44,532 bases of DNA from an uncultured Candidatus Poseidoniales archaeon (lineage in GTDB: Archaea; Thermoplasmatota; Poseidoniia; Poseidoniales; Thalassarchaeaceae): NCBI GenBank assembly GCA_964645485.1, contig CAZXZO010000014.1:1-44532 (forward strand), in the 5' to 3' direction. The notes beneath the pieces were generated by a model. That model saw only the letters and a list, made by a program, of their open reading frames with translations. It searched no databases and was not told where the DNA came from. Made by a program: the position numbers and the translations under genes. Positions 28,013-36,805 of the stretch are shown here, piece after piece. How positions within the stretch are numbered: the first letter of the stretch is position 1; every line of letters begins with the position of its first letter.

Positions 28013-28025
28013 CCCCTACAAGGGG
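28013..28025 (+). promoter_or_regulatory. Short hairpin (5-bp stem, 3-nt loop) overlapping a purine-rich RBS-like tract
   Basis: CCCCT-ACA-AGGGG, 6 nt upstream of ATG 28032. Confidence 0.3.
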
Positions 28026-28031
28026 ACTAAG

Positions 28032-30836
28032 ATGACGAACAAAAATATGGTTTTAATTGTGGTTGGAGTGATGCTAGCTGCATTCAACGTAGGAGTAGTG
28101 GGGACAGTGGCAACTGGTGCCGTAGATGGAGCGGTTCAATCTGCTTTTCAGACCTATACCAAAGACACAATTTGCGCCAACGATGATTGCTCAGAAGTGA
28201 ATGAGGATTGGGCGACATCTACCAGCGAGCGCTCTTATTACGCGTGGAATCTTTCGAATTACGATGAAATCAAAAATGATCCATTGGCAACACCAGAGTT
28301 TGAACAGGTTGGTCCTGTAGTTTATGAGATAACTGCTGAGCGAACTTTGGTTGAACACGATGCTGAAGAAGGCACTATTTCCTACTCTGAAATAAAGACA
28401 TATTCGTGGGCGGGAGGTACTCCGTCAAATACAGAAATCACAAATCTCAACATTTTGTTTGAGCCTCAAAGAGTTGGCGCAACTTCGACATTTATCGGAA
28501 TCGTTGCTTCCATGACCCAAGCAGGATTTGCTGCTGGAATGATTGAAAACGATATGGAAGTAGGGGTTCCTAGCAAAAGAACAGCAAATGATTTGGATTC
28601 AACATTAGATGAATTGGCAACCACTCTATCTAACGAGCAAATCGCTAGCAAAACAATGGCAATGCAGGCTTATGCAACTTGGAATGCTTCCTCAGAAGCT
28701 TCCGCAGTTTACAACATGACATTAGTAAATGGCAGCGACCCAACAGTAAACACATGGTCCGACCCTGATTTTTCCGCTGGTTTGGAATTTGCTTTCCGCC
28801 AAGCGGTAGACCCAGGTGATTCATCGGTGAAAATTTCACTTGATAGCAAGTGGGGTCCAGCAGTATTCATGGGGATTGGAACACCAGGAAATTCAATTTC
28901 CGATTTGATGAGTAACCCTGAAACTAATCCGTCTATGGTAAGAGCGGGTTTGTTTGGTTATTTAGCAATGCAAAATGCGACAATTCCTGACTTTGCTGAA
29001 ACTTTTGCCCGTGACCAAGCAATGTACGCTCTAGTCGGTTCATCTTTTGCCAGCAACGGTGGAGGGGATGCAAATTGGGAAGATGATATGGATGAAGTTG
29101 AAGACCGGTTCTACGAAGTATCGGGCTCAAGAATATCAAATCATGATTCACTTAATGACCTTCTTTGGGGGATGGATGGTGATACCCCGCGAGGTATTTT
29201 AGTTTCCGATTCAGGTGGTTTGATGTGGGGTCTAGGCCTACTTTTATCCACTGCTCTTGAAAATCCATTTGCAGTAATGTTCGATTACAACATCGGTATT
29301 TCTGACGTGTCAAATATTGGTGCCTATGGAGGAGGTTGGTTACTGGGAGAAACAGACCACCCGCTAATTTTGAGCGGGGGTTCGGGGACATTAAACTCGA
29401 CAGAATACCTCTATGCTCAGTTCGCTGGGCCAGACCCATTAACCGGGTATTTTGCTAGTGCTAGCCTTAATGTTGCAGGCATGTGGGGTTCGTTTATTGG
29501 CAATACTTACGGCGTTTCTGGAGACGATGTCATTCTGAATTATTCACAAGTTGACAACATTTTATTTGGTCCTATGGGAATTTCAACTGATGCTGTAGTT
29601 GGATTCCTATATGGTGAAACAACTGGACATTCGTTACCAGTTAATCCCGCGACTATGATTCCTGAAACTGGTGGGGTTGAACTTGAATGGACCACTGATT
29701 TAGTTTCTCAATTGTATGGCATTGACGAGAATAGTGCTGCAGCACTTCGTTACTTTGTTCATAAATTGATGTTCAATACGCAAATTCCAAATCTGCTTGG
29801 AAGCATGTTTGGTGAAGAAGCAACAGGATTCCCTGGAGCGACAAAATGGGTTTCTCATACTGTTGACCAATGGTTATTCGGCTGGAGAGATCCTTTGATG
29901 GCTCAACTTGAAGGCAGCCCTACAAATTTGACCTATGGGTGGCAATCTCTTGAGACAAACAAGACTTACTTCGGCTCAGCATCAGAACACGCGCCGAATG
30001 GGGTATCAACCGGTAGTGGGACGATGTACAAGGTGTGTAGTGGGGAAAACCCTCAGTGTGACACGGGGGAGACTCTCGAACAAGACGGGTCGACTTACCT
30101 CCCTTGGCGTACTCCTGAGAATGAAGATGGTACATTTGGTGTAATCACCAATGAGTCCTTGGTTGGTACATCTGGTGGTTTTATCACAGGTGAAGGCGAT
30201 TTGTTGAATTTAGGTGATTATGCAATTTGCGCGCCATTGCAGCAAGCAGATGGAGACCATCTTGGTCTTCTGACTGAAACTTGGACTTGCCACCTCGATA
30301 GCAATGAGAGATTGATTCAAGGCAAATTGATTAATTCTAAGTCTGCACTAGATATTTTCCCTGGTGCGGTGCCAGTTTATTTCGGTGGAGATGTTGAATT
30401 AAAGGTTCAACCGACTGCTAGAATTATTGTGTCAGGTTCTTCTGAGAGTTATTTCTATGTTGATCTAAGGACAATGGAAGAGCAATCATCTTCCACGCCC
30501 GAAATCAGTGACATGCAAGTCATTTTCAAGATTGAGTCTGGCGGAGGTGCTGATGCAGAAACCGTGGCGCTGATGCAGTCTCAAATTGTTGATAACCAGA
30601 ATCAATTTACTTACTGGACTAACTTTGATACCGATGGTGGTTCTTTCTTTATTGACCAAATAACTGCAGTAATTTACCTGAGTGCAATCGGATTAATGCT
30701 GATGGGTGTCTTGGGAATCATTCGAACTGGCCCAACTCAAAGCCCGGCCCTTGGTTCTGAGGATGAAGGTTCAAGGACAGAAAAGGCCGATGCTGTTGAC
30801 GATGATTTACTGAATCAAACCGGTGGAGAGTTCTGA
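28032..30836 (+). CDS. CD36/SR-BI/LIMP-2-family-like membrane glycoprotein (two terminal TMs, large extracellular domain with a long insertion)
   Basis: N-terminal TM (about residues 6-30) and C-terminal TM (about 878-898). Colinear motifs SYYAWNLSNYDEI (68-80), EQVGPVVYE (91-99), GTISYSEIKTY, ITNLNI (136-141), VSHTVDQWLFGWRDPL (607-622), TMYKVCSG (664-671), DGSTYLPWR, LVGTSGGF, VELKVQPTARII (788-799). Nine N-x-S/T sequons between the TMs. Confidence 0.65.
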   Translation: MTNKNMVLIVVGVMLAAFNVGVVGTVATGAVDGAVQSAFQTYTKDTICANDDCSEVNEDWATSTSERSYYAWNLSNYDEIKNDPLATPEFEQVGPVVYEITAERTLVEHDAEEGTISYSEIKTYSWAGGTPSNTEITNLNILFEPQRVGATSTFIGIVASMTQAGFAAGMIENDMEVGVPSKRTANDLDSTLDELATTLSNEQIASKTMAMQAYATWNASSEASAVYNMTLVNGSDPTVNTWSDPDFSAGLEFAFRQAVDPGDSSVKISLDSKWGPAVFMGIGTPGNSISDLMSNPETNPSMVRAGLFGYLAMQNATIPDFAETFARDQAMYALVGSSFASNGGGDANWEDDMDEVEDRFYEVSGSRISNHDSLNDLLWGMDGDTPRGILVSDSGGLMWGLGLLLSTALENPFAVMFDYNIGISDVSNIGAYGGGWLLGETDHPLILSGGSGTLNSTEYLYAQFAGPDPLTGYFASASLNVAGMWGSFIGNTYGVSGDDVILNYSQVDNILFGPMGISTDAVVGFLYGETTGHSLPVNPATMIPETGGVELEWTTDLVSQLYGIDENSAAALRYFVHKLMFNTQIPNLLGSMFGEEATGFPGATKWVSHTVDQWLFGWRDPLMAQLEGSPTNLTYGWQSLETNKTYFGSASEHAPNGVSTGSGTMYKVCSGENPQCDTGETLEQDGSTYLPWRTPENEDGTFGVITNESLVGTSGGFITGEGDLLNLGDYAICAPLQQADGDHLGLLTETWTCHLDSNERLIQGKLINSKSALDIFPGAVPVYFGGDVELKVQPTARIIVSGSSESYFYVDLRTMEEQSSSTPEISDMQVIFKIESGGGADAETVALMQSQIVDNQNQFTYWTNFDTDGGSFFIDQITAVIYLSAIGLMLMGVLGIIRTGPTQSPALGSEDEGSRTEKADAVDDDLLNQTGGEF

Positions 30837-31078
30837 TAATTGTTCGGCTTGATTGCCGGCAACAAATCGCCTTTGTTTTGTTATGAGTTTGCGCTAGTTA
30901 GTTTGATGCACTTGGTGTATTTGCGACACTCCATCTGATTTAGTTCCCAATGAAGAGTGTGTTCAGTGTTGTTCTTGAAAAAACTCTATTTTTGAAACTA
31001 TTTTTGCGAAAATGTAATCCTTTCAGCCTTGTTAATTAGACGAATCCCGGCCCTATTTTTTTGTCATCCGTGATGATG

Positions 31079-31086
31079 TTTATTAA
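31079..31086 (+). promoter_or_regulatory. Candidate archaeal TATA box for the Liv-type operon
   Basis: TTTATTAA, 42 nt upstream of ATG 31129 in a 292-nt intergenic region. Confidence 0.3.
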
Positions 31087-31128
31087 TCGCAGTTAGTTTA
31101 GCCCCCTCACCGAAGGAAGGTCTTAGGA

Positions 31129-33432
31129 ATGAAGAGAATGAAAATAAAAGTAATGTTGGTAGCCTTTACCATGGTAACTTTAGCGTCTGCTGGTTGCCTT
31201 GGTGGAGACAGTGATGATGTAAAGGATGATGTAATTGATGATGTTGAACCAGAGGCTGTAAATATAAAAATCGGGTTGTTAAACCCGGTAACTGGTCCAA
31301 TTGCTATTTATGCTGATGGTTTTACTGATGCAGCAAATTTAGCAATAAGTGAACTCAATGCTGCTAATGATGACTATGAGTTTGAACTTGTAGTTGGAGA
31401 TTCAGGTTGTGATGGCACAGCCGCAGCAACAGCTGCTCAATCCTTAGTTGACGCAGGAGTCGTTGGAATTGCTGGTGCTGCATGTTCAGGCGCCACTCTT
31501 GGCGCAATTGCAGTCGCTAAAGCAGCAGGAGTCCCTATGGTCTCCTACGCAAGTACTTCACCAGCAGTAACTACTGCTGATGATGATGGACTATTGTTCC
31601 GTGTTGTGCCAAGTGATGCACAGCAATCTGTTGCACTTGCAACTGTTGTTGCAGGCAGCGGAGCAACTAACCCAGCAGTCATTGCAATGACCAATGATTA
31701 CGGGGCAGGACTAGGAGACAACTTCAATGCAAGTTGGTCTGGTGACTTGTGCACAAAAGTTGGTTATGACCCAACAGAAGGCTCCTACGATGCCGCAACT
31801 CTAGCTCAAGCAGTTATCGATGCAAGTTGTGACTCAGTTGTGCTGATGTCATATGCAACAGATGGTGCAGCGATCATGGAAGAATTACATGCTCAAGGGT
31901 TCAGTGGGGCCGTATTCGGGGCAGATGGACTTGCAGACTCAGCATTCGGTGATACTTTCACCGACTTAGGTGCTCTTGATGGTCTAGTTGCAACCAAGCC
32001 ACGACCGGGTGCTGCATCCGATGCTAAGGCAAATTTCGAGGCAGCCTACGAAGCAGCTGGGGGTGATGCTGGTGGAATTTATACACACGAAACTTATGAT
32101 GCTGTGAATATTGTTGCAGCGGCTGCAATGCTCGATAGCAGTGACATGAAAGCAAGTCTTGCAACTGTTGGTAGCAACTATGATGGTGCGTCTGGCCAAC
32201 ACACATTTGATGCAAATGGTGATGTTTTAGGTACAGGTTACTCAGTCTGTGGATTCGTTCTGATGGGTGACACAATGGGCTTCTCTTGTCCCAATATGTG
32301 GACCCAAGATGCTGGTATCGCAGCAGCACCCTTTGAAGGTACAACAATCAAGATTGGATTACTAAGCCCACAAACCGGGCCAATTGCAGTTTATTCGGCA
32401 GGTTTTGATGCAGCAGCAGCAATTGCTATTTCTGCTCTAAACTTGGTAGATGCAGACAATTATCAATTTGAGTTGGTTATCGCCGATTCTGGTTGTGATG
32501 GCACTCAAGCAGCAACCGCTGCTCAGACATTGATTGACTCTGGTGTTGCAGCAATTGCTGGAGCAGCATGTAGTGGTGCAACTCTAGGTGCAATTGCTGT
32601 GGCAAAGGAAGCAGGAATTCCGATGATTTCCTACGCTTCTACTTCACCAGCAGTTACCTCTGCTGATGACAACAACCTACTATATCGTGTAGTTTCAAGC
32701 GATGCTCTACAAGGGCCTGCAATTGCAGATGTAATCAAGGCAGGTGGACACACCAATACTGGAATCATCTACATGACTAATGATTATGGTGCAGGTCTAT
32801 ACGATGCGATTGGAGGTGCACTGGATTCAACTTGCACTTCCACTGGTTATGACCCTACAGAGGGTTCGTACGATGCAGCAAGCCTTGCTCAATCAGTAAT
32901 TGATGCCGGTTGTGATTCAGTTGCTCTAGTATCATACGCAACTGATGGTGCTGCAATTGTTGAGGAACTTTCAGGTCTTGGATTCACCGGTGCAATATTT
33001 GGTGCTGATGGAATCGCTGATGCAGGATTCATCTCAGAATTCACAGATAATAGTACATTGTCTGGAGTAACAGCAACCAAGCCAGCATCTGCTGCAGATT
33101 CAGATCGCAGACTAGCGTTTGATGCAGCATGGGCAGCTGGTGGAGGTCCTGAAGGTGCAATTTACACGCACGAGACTTTCGATGCAGTTCTCATTGCAGG
33201 ACTGGCGGCGATGGCGATGGATTCAACAGCCGAAATTACCGACATGCCTACAGCCTTGTCACTAACCGGAATGAACTTCGATGGTGCAAGTGGTATTCAT
33301 TCATTTGATGCAGCAGGCGATGTCGCTGGTAACGGCTATGATGTCTGTTCGTTTGGTCACGATGGAGCAGATGCGTCATTCAGTTGTAGCCAAACCTGGA
33401 CTCAAGATGGCGGAATTGCTGACAACTCCTGA
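31129..33432 (+). CDS. Lipid-anchored ABC substrate-binding protein, branched-chain amino acid (LivK/LivJ) family, tandem duplication
   Basis: Lipobox LASAGCLGG. Two copies of IKIGLL.P.TGPIA...DSGCDG...IAGAACSGATL...SYASTSP...RVV.SDA...NDYG.GL...YTHETY/FDAV, 361 aa apart. Confidence 0.92.
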   Translation: MKRMKIKVMLVAFTMVTLASAGCLGGDSDDVKDDVIDDVEPEAVNIKIGLLNPVTGPIAIYADGFTDAANLAISELNAANDDYEFELVVGDSGCDGTAAATAAQSLVDAGVVGIAGAACSGATLGAIAVAKAAGVPMVSYASTSPAVTTADDDGLLFRVVPSDAQQSVALATVVAGSGATNPAVIAMTNDYGAGLGDNFNASWSGDLCTKVGYDPTEGSYDAATLAQAVIDASCDSVVLMSYATDGAAIMEELHAQGFSGAVFGADGLADSAFGDTFTDLGALDGLVATKPRPGAASDAKANFEAAYEAAGGDAGGIYTHETYDAVNIVAAAAMLDSSDMKASLATVGSNYDGASGQHTFDANGDVLGTGYSVCGFVLMGDTMGFSCPNMWTQDAGIAAAPFEGTTIKIGLLSPQTGPIAVYSAGFDAAAAIAISALNLVDADNYQFELVIADSGCDGTQAATAAQTLIDSGVAAIAGAACSGATLGAIAVAKEAGIPMISYASTSPAVTSADDNNLLYRVVSSDALQGPAIADVIKAGGHTNTGIIYMTNDYGAGLYDAIGGALDSTCTSTGYDPTEGSYDAASLAQSVIDAGCDSVALVSYATDGAAIVEELSGLGFTGAIFGADGIADAGFISEFTDNSTLSGVTATKPASAADSDRRLAFDAAWAAGGGPEGAIYTHETFDAVLIAGLAAMAMDSTAEITDMPTALSLTGMNFDGASGIHSFDAAGDVAGNGYDVCSFGHDGADASFSCSQTWTQDGGIADNS
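31762..32876 (+). repeat. Diverged internal direct repeat marking the binding-protein duplication
   Basis: GGTTATGACCCAACAGAAGGCTCCTACGATGC (31762) vs GGTTATGACCCTACAGAGGGTTCGTACGATGC (32845), offset 1083 nt. Confidence 0.85.
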
Positions 33433-33463
33433 ACGTAGGTTCGAGAAAACAGTGAAGGTTTGC

Positions 33464-33491
33464 CTGTGGCGAGTCTTAGGGCTCGCCACAG
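33464..33491 (+). terminator. Strong stem-loop after the binding-protein gene (terminator or mRNA-stabilising element)
   Basis: CTGTGGCGAG-TCTTAGGG-CTCGCCACAG, perfect 10-bp stem followed by TTT, between the SBP and permease genes. Confidence 0.6.
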
Positions 33492-33697
33492 TTTGCATTC
33501 CTGACAATTTGAGGGATACCTTTAGCATCGCCAATGCCTTGACAAGAAGTGTGAAGAATGGTGGTTGACATCTCAAATTGTTCACTTAGGCCAAGTAGGT
33601 GTGTGTTGAAGAGATGATTAGTGGTATCCTAGAGTATCGCGACATAATTATCACAACTGAACTGAGCGAACTTGTTGATTAGGAAGTGGTGTAGCCA

Positions 33698-36600
33698 GTG
33701 GAATTCGATGAAATTCGCCAAAAATGGGCCTCAATTCCGAGTTTGCATAAGCGAATTACTTTGAGCCTTTTATTATTATTTGACGCTTATCTTGGCCTCA
33801 GTCACCATCAGGGATTAATTGCTTGGTCTTCACTATTTGTGGGCGACTTGGTTTGGATTCTGCAATCAGCCGAGATGATAATTGGAGGATCTTTGGTTAT
33901 CCATACGATGTTCAAAGAGACGACTGGTAAGTTGCGGATGGCCTCTATTGCCTCCTCTCCCATCTTGTTAATTGCCCTGATTTTGGTAACGCTTCAACTG
34001 CTTATCTCGGGTCTTGGCTTTTCTTCAACATTGAACTATAATCTTTCTTCAGTGGGTCTTTCAGGACTTTATTGGGCAGCAGCATATCTGTGCATCGCGG
34101 TAGGTCTAACACTTACGTACAAGGTCCAGAGGTATGGGAATTTTGCTCAAGGAGAAATGATGCTAGTAGGGGGATATGTGGCTGTTACATTGATGTGGTC
34201 TGACAGATTTTTTGAGATGTCAGATGCCCCGATGGATGATGTATTACAATGGGATTTGTTGATATCGGCAGCGGTGGCTGCCTTTTTCTTGGTAGGATTC
34301 CTTGGAATTTTTATCGACAAATTGATTTATCGTCGGTTCCGCGATAAATCAGCATCGCCCCAAGTAATGATGATCGCTTCCTTGGGTGTGGCGATGATAT
34401 TGCGAGCCCTGCTTTATCTTCGATACAGTGCTCGCACTTTCCGATTTGTACCTGATAGAGATTGGAAATCATCGGATGCACGAATTCAGATTGGCACAGA
34501 GAGATTACAGATTCATCTAGGTGAGAGAGGTGATTCACCACTTTGGGAGTTTGCACAAAATGTTTCAGATTATGGCTTTGCATACACAAAAGCAGCACTG
34601 ATTGTTGGGGTATTTGGTTCGGTACTTTTCCTCTTATATTTCTGCCACAAAACCAGACTTGGAAGACAAATGAGAGCGGTTGCAGATAATCCTGATTTAG
34701 CCGCATCTAGTGGTATCAACGTTGAGCGCATTCATTCGTTGAGTGCTTTTCTGTCAGCAGGATTGTCTGGTTTTGGCGGAGCATTACTTGCCGCTGTTCT
34801 GCCTATCAATCCTGAGTTGGGTTTGTCTCTACTATTACCTGCTTTTGCAGTGATAGTGTTAGGCACAATCGGTTCTATTCCTGGTGTCATTATTGGGTCA
34901 TTGATTGTAGGTCTAGTTAGGTCCTCTTCTGAGCCAATTTTGATTGGTGCGGGAAATACTCTTAATCGGCCAACGGCAACAGGATTCGCTGAAGTTATGC
35001 CATTCATTTTCTTGATAGCGGTTTTACTTCTGATGCCCAAAGGTATCGGCGAAGGCATGGAAAATTGGAAAATTGAACGACTGAGGAAACGGCAAAAGAA
35101 AATTGACGAAGGAGTACCTAGATTGCGTGACCGTTACGCACCCATTGGAATTGTATACGGTGGTATTGCCAGCATAGATAAAATGAGGATAAAAGCATCG
35201 TCAAAATTTGACCCTTTTGTCACTCTCAAAAACAAATCTGTTGAGGCGTTTGAGACTCATAGTTCTGCCATTTACTTGAAGGCAACAGCAGTCAAGCGCA
35301 GGCTCTTTAATTTGCCAAAGTCATCATTACAAACGGTGGCATCAAAGTTTGATGTTATTCGCAGTCGGGTTGATGATCATCTTCCGTACGGCCGTGAAGG
35401 AACGCGTGGTTCGTGGGTTACTTTCGTTGTGCTTTTCTTGTTAATGGTGCTACTCGCCTGGGCTCTTCCGAGTGTTAGTTCTTTCACAAAAACTATGCAA
35501 ATAGCGCGCCTAATCACGTTGGTTGCAATATTTTCTCTGATGGCGTTTTCTCTGAACCTTCACACAGGAATCACAGGAATGACCAATTTTGGAGTGATTT
35601 TCTTCGTCGGAATCGGCGCGATTACTGTTGGATTATTGTGTGCACCAGTGGAGACAAATGGATATGGATGGGAACCGTGGAAAGCCACTCTGCTCGCCGT
35701 TGGTCTGGCTGGATTGGCAGGTTGGATGTTGGCATATCCTACCGCTAGATTACGAATGGATTATTTCGCAATCGTGACAATATCTCTTGGCGAAATGTTA
35801 CGCATTTCTTTACAAGCTGAGCCAATGTTACGAGCGGGAACTGTAACTTCTGCAATTGGAATTTCACAGTACACATTACCTCTAGAATCATGGTGGGATT
35901 CTGGAATCTCTTCAACTGTTGGAGGCTGGCTTGGATTTGATGAAGCGGCTCCTTACATTGTATTATTAGCCGTATTATCTACAATATCAATCGTTGTAGT
36001 ATGGTGGCTATTAGAGACCATTTTGGCATCCCCTTGGGGTCGCATTCTCCGTTCGATTAGAGAAGATGAAGAGGTCAGTCAACATCATGGACACAATGTA
36101 CTCACCAACAAAGCCGCTAGTTTGGCTGTTGGAGGAGCCATTGCCGGTTTAGCAGGTGCACTTTGGGCATGGTTAAATTCAGGTATATTCCCTGATTTCT
36201 TGAATCCAGTTCGTTCAACTTTCCTTGTTTGGGCTGCATTTATCGTAGGAGGCAGAGGGAATAATCGGGGAATGATAATTGGTTCTTTCATTATTGTGAT
36301 AACTGAATTTGTCTTTAATGTCATGGTAGTGGCTAGGGGTAATTCTGACCTCGCTTTCCATGACATTGTTGCTAATATCGACCAAGTATTTTCTTGGGTA
36401 GTGGTCGATATTGGTGGATTTATTTGGTCAGACTTGTCGATTTCTCAAACATTTCCAACAGGTAATGTAATCGCAGAATTGGCATATATCAAATTGGGAT
36501 TAATTGGCTTAGTAATTTTAGTTTCATTGATGTTGGCTGAGAAAGGGCTTGTTCCAGAAGTACCGTTGAGGCCAACTCGTCCTGATATGAAAAGTGATAA

Positions 36601-36805
36601 TCCTCTTTTGGCAAACAAAAATAAGTCCGAAAACAAGGATAATGAGGAGCAATCTCCACAAGACCCCGATGAAGTCCTTGATGAGCAAGACAACGAGTCT
36701 GAAAACTCCTCACAACCAGAAATTGAGGATGAAGACGGGCAATCCCCAAAAAATCCGAAAAAGAAGGCCAAGAAATCATCTAGACAAGGGAGTGATGGGA
36801 AATGA
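33698..36805 (+). CDS. livHM: Fused LivH-LivM branched-chain amino acid ABC permease
   Basis: LivH part: AVGLTLTYKVQRYGNFAQGE, TRLGRQMRAVADNPDLA..SGIN, FAVIVLGTIGS. LivM part: NLHTGITGMTNFG, RLRMDYFAIVTISLGE, SPWGRILRSIREDE, WAAFIVGGRG. One continuous 1035-aa frame. Confidence 0.9.
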   Translation: MEFDEIRQKWASIPSLHKRITLSLLLLFDAYLGLSHHQGLIAWSSLFVGDLVWILQSAEMIIGGSLVIHTMFKETTGKLRMASIASSPILLIALILVTLQLLISGLGFSSTLNYNLSSVGLSGLYWAAAYLCIAVGLTLTYKVQRYGNFAQGEMMLVGGYVAVTLMWSDRFFEMSDAPMDDVLQWDLLISAAVAAFFLVGFLGIFIDKLIYRRFRDKSASPQVMMIASLGVAMILRALLYLRYSARTFRFVPDRDWKSSDARIQIGTERLQIHLGERGDSPLWEFAQNVSDYGFAYTKAALIVGVFGSVLFLLYFCHKTRLGRQMRAVADNPDLAASSGINVERIHSLSAFLSAGLSGFGGALLAAVLPINPELGLSLLLPAFAVIVLGTIGSIPGVIIGSLIVGLVRSSSEPILIGAGNTLNRPTATGFAEVMPFIFLIAVLLLMPKGIGEGMENWKIERLRKRQKKIDEGVPRLRDRYAPIGIVYGGIASIDKMRIKASSKFDPFVTLKNKSVEAFETHSSAIYLKATAVKRRLFNLPKSSLQTVASKFDVIRSRVDDHLPYGREGTRGSWVTFVVLFLLMVLLAWALPSVSSFTKTMQIARLITLVAIFSLMAFSLNLHTGITGMTNFGVIFFVGIGAITVGLLCAPVETNGYGWEPWKATLLAVGLAGLAGWMLAYPTARLRMDYFAIVTISLGEMLRISLQAEPMLRAGTVTSAIGISQYTLPLESWWDSGISSTVGGWLGFDEAAPYIVLLAVLSTISIVVVWWLLETILASPWGRILRSIREDEEVSQHHGHNVLTNKAASLAVGGAIAGLAGALWAWLNSGIFPDFLNPVRSTFLVWAAFIVGGRGNNRGMIIGSFIIVITEFVFNVMVVARGNSDLAFHDIVANIDQVFSWVVVDIGGFIWSDLSISQTFPTGNVIAELAYIKLGLIGLVILVSLMLAEKGLVPEVPLRPTRPDMKSDNPLLANKNKSENKDNEEQSPQDPDEVLDEQDNESENSSQPEIEDEDGQSPKNPKKKAKKSSRQGSDGK

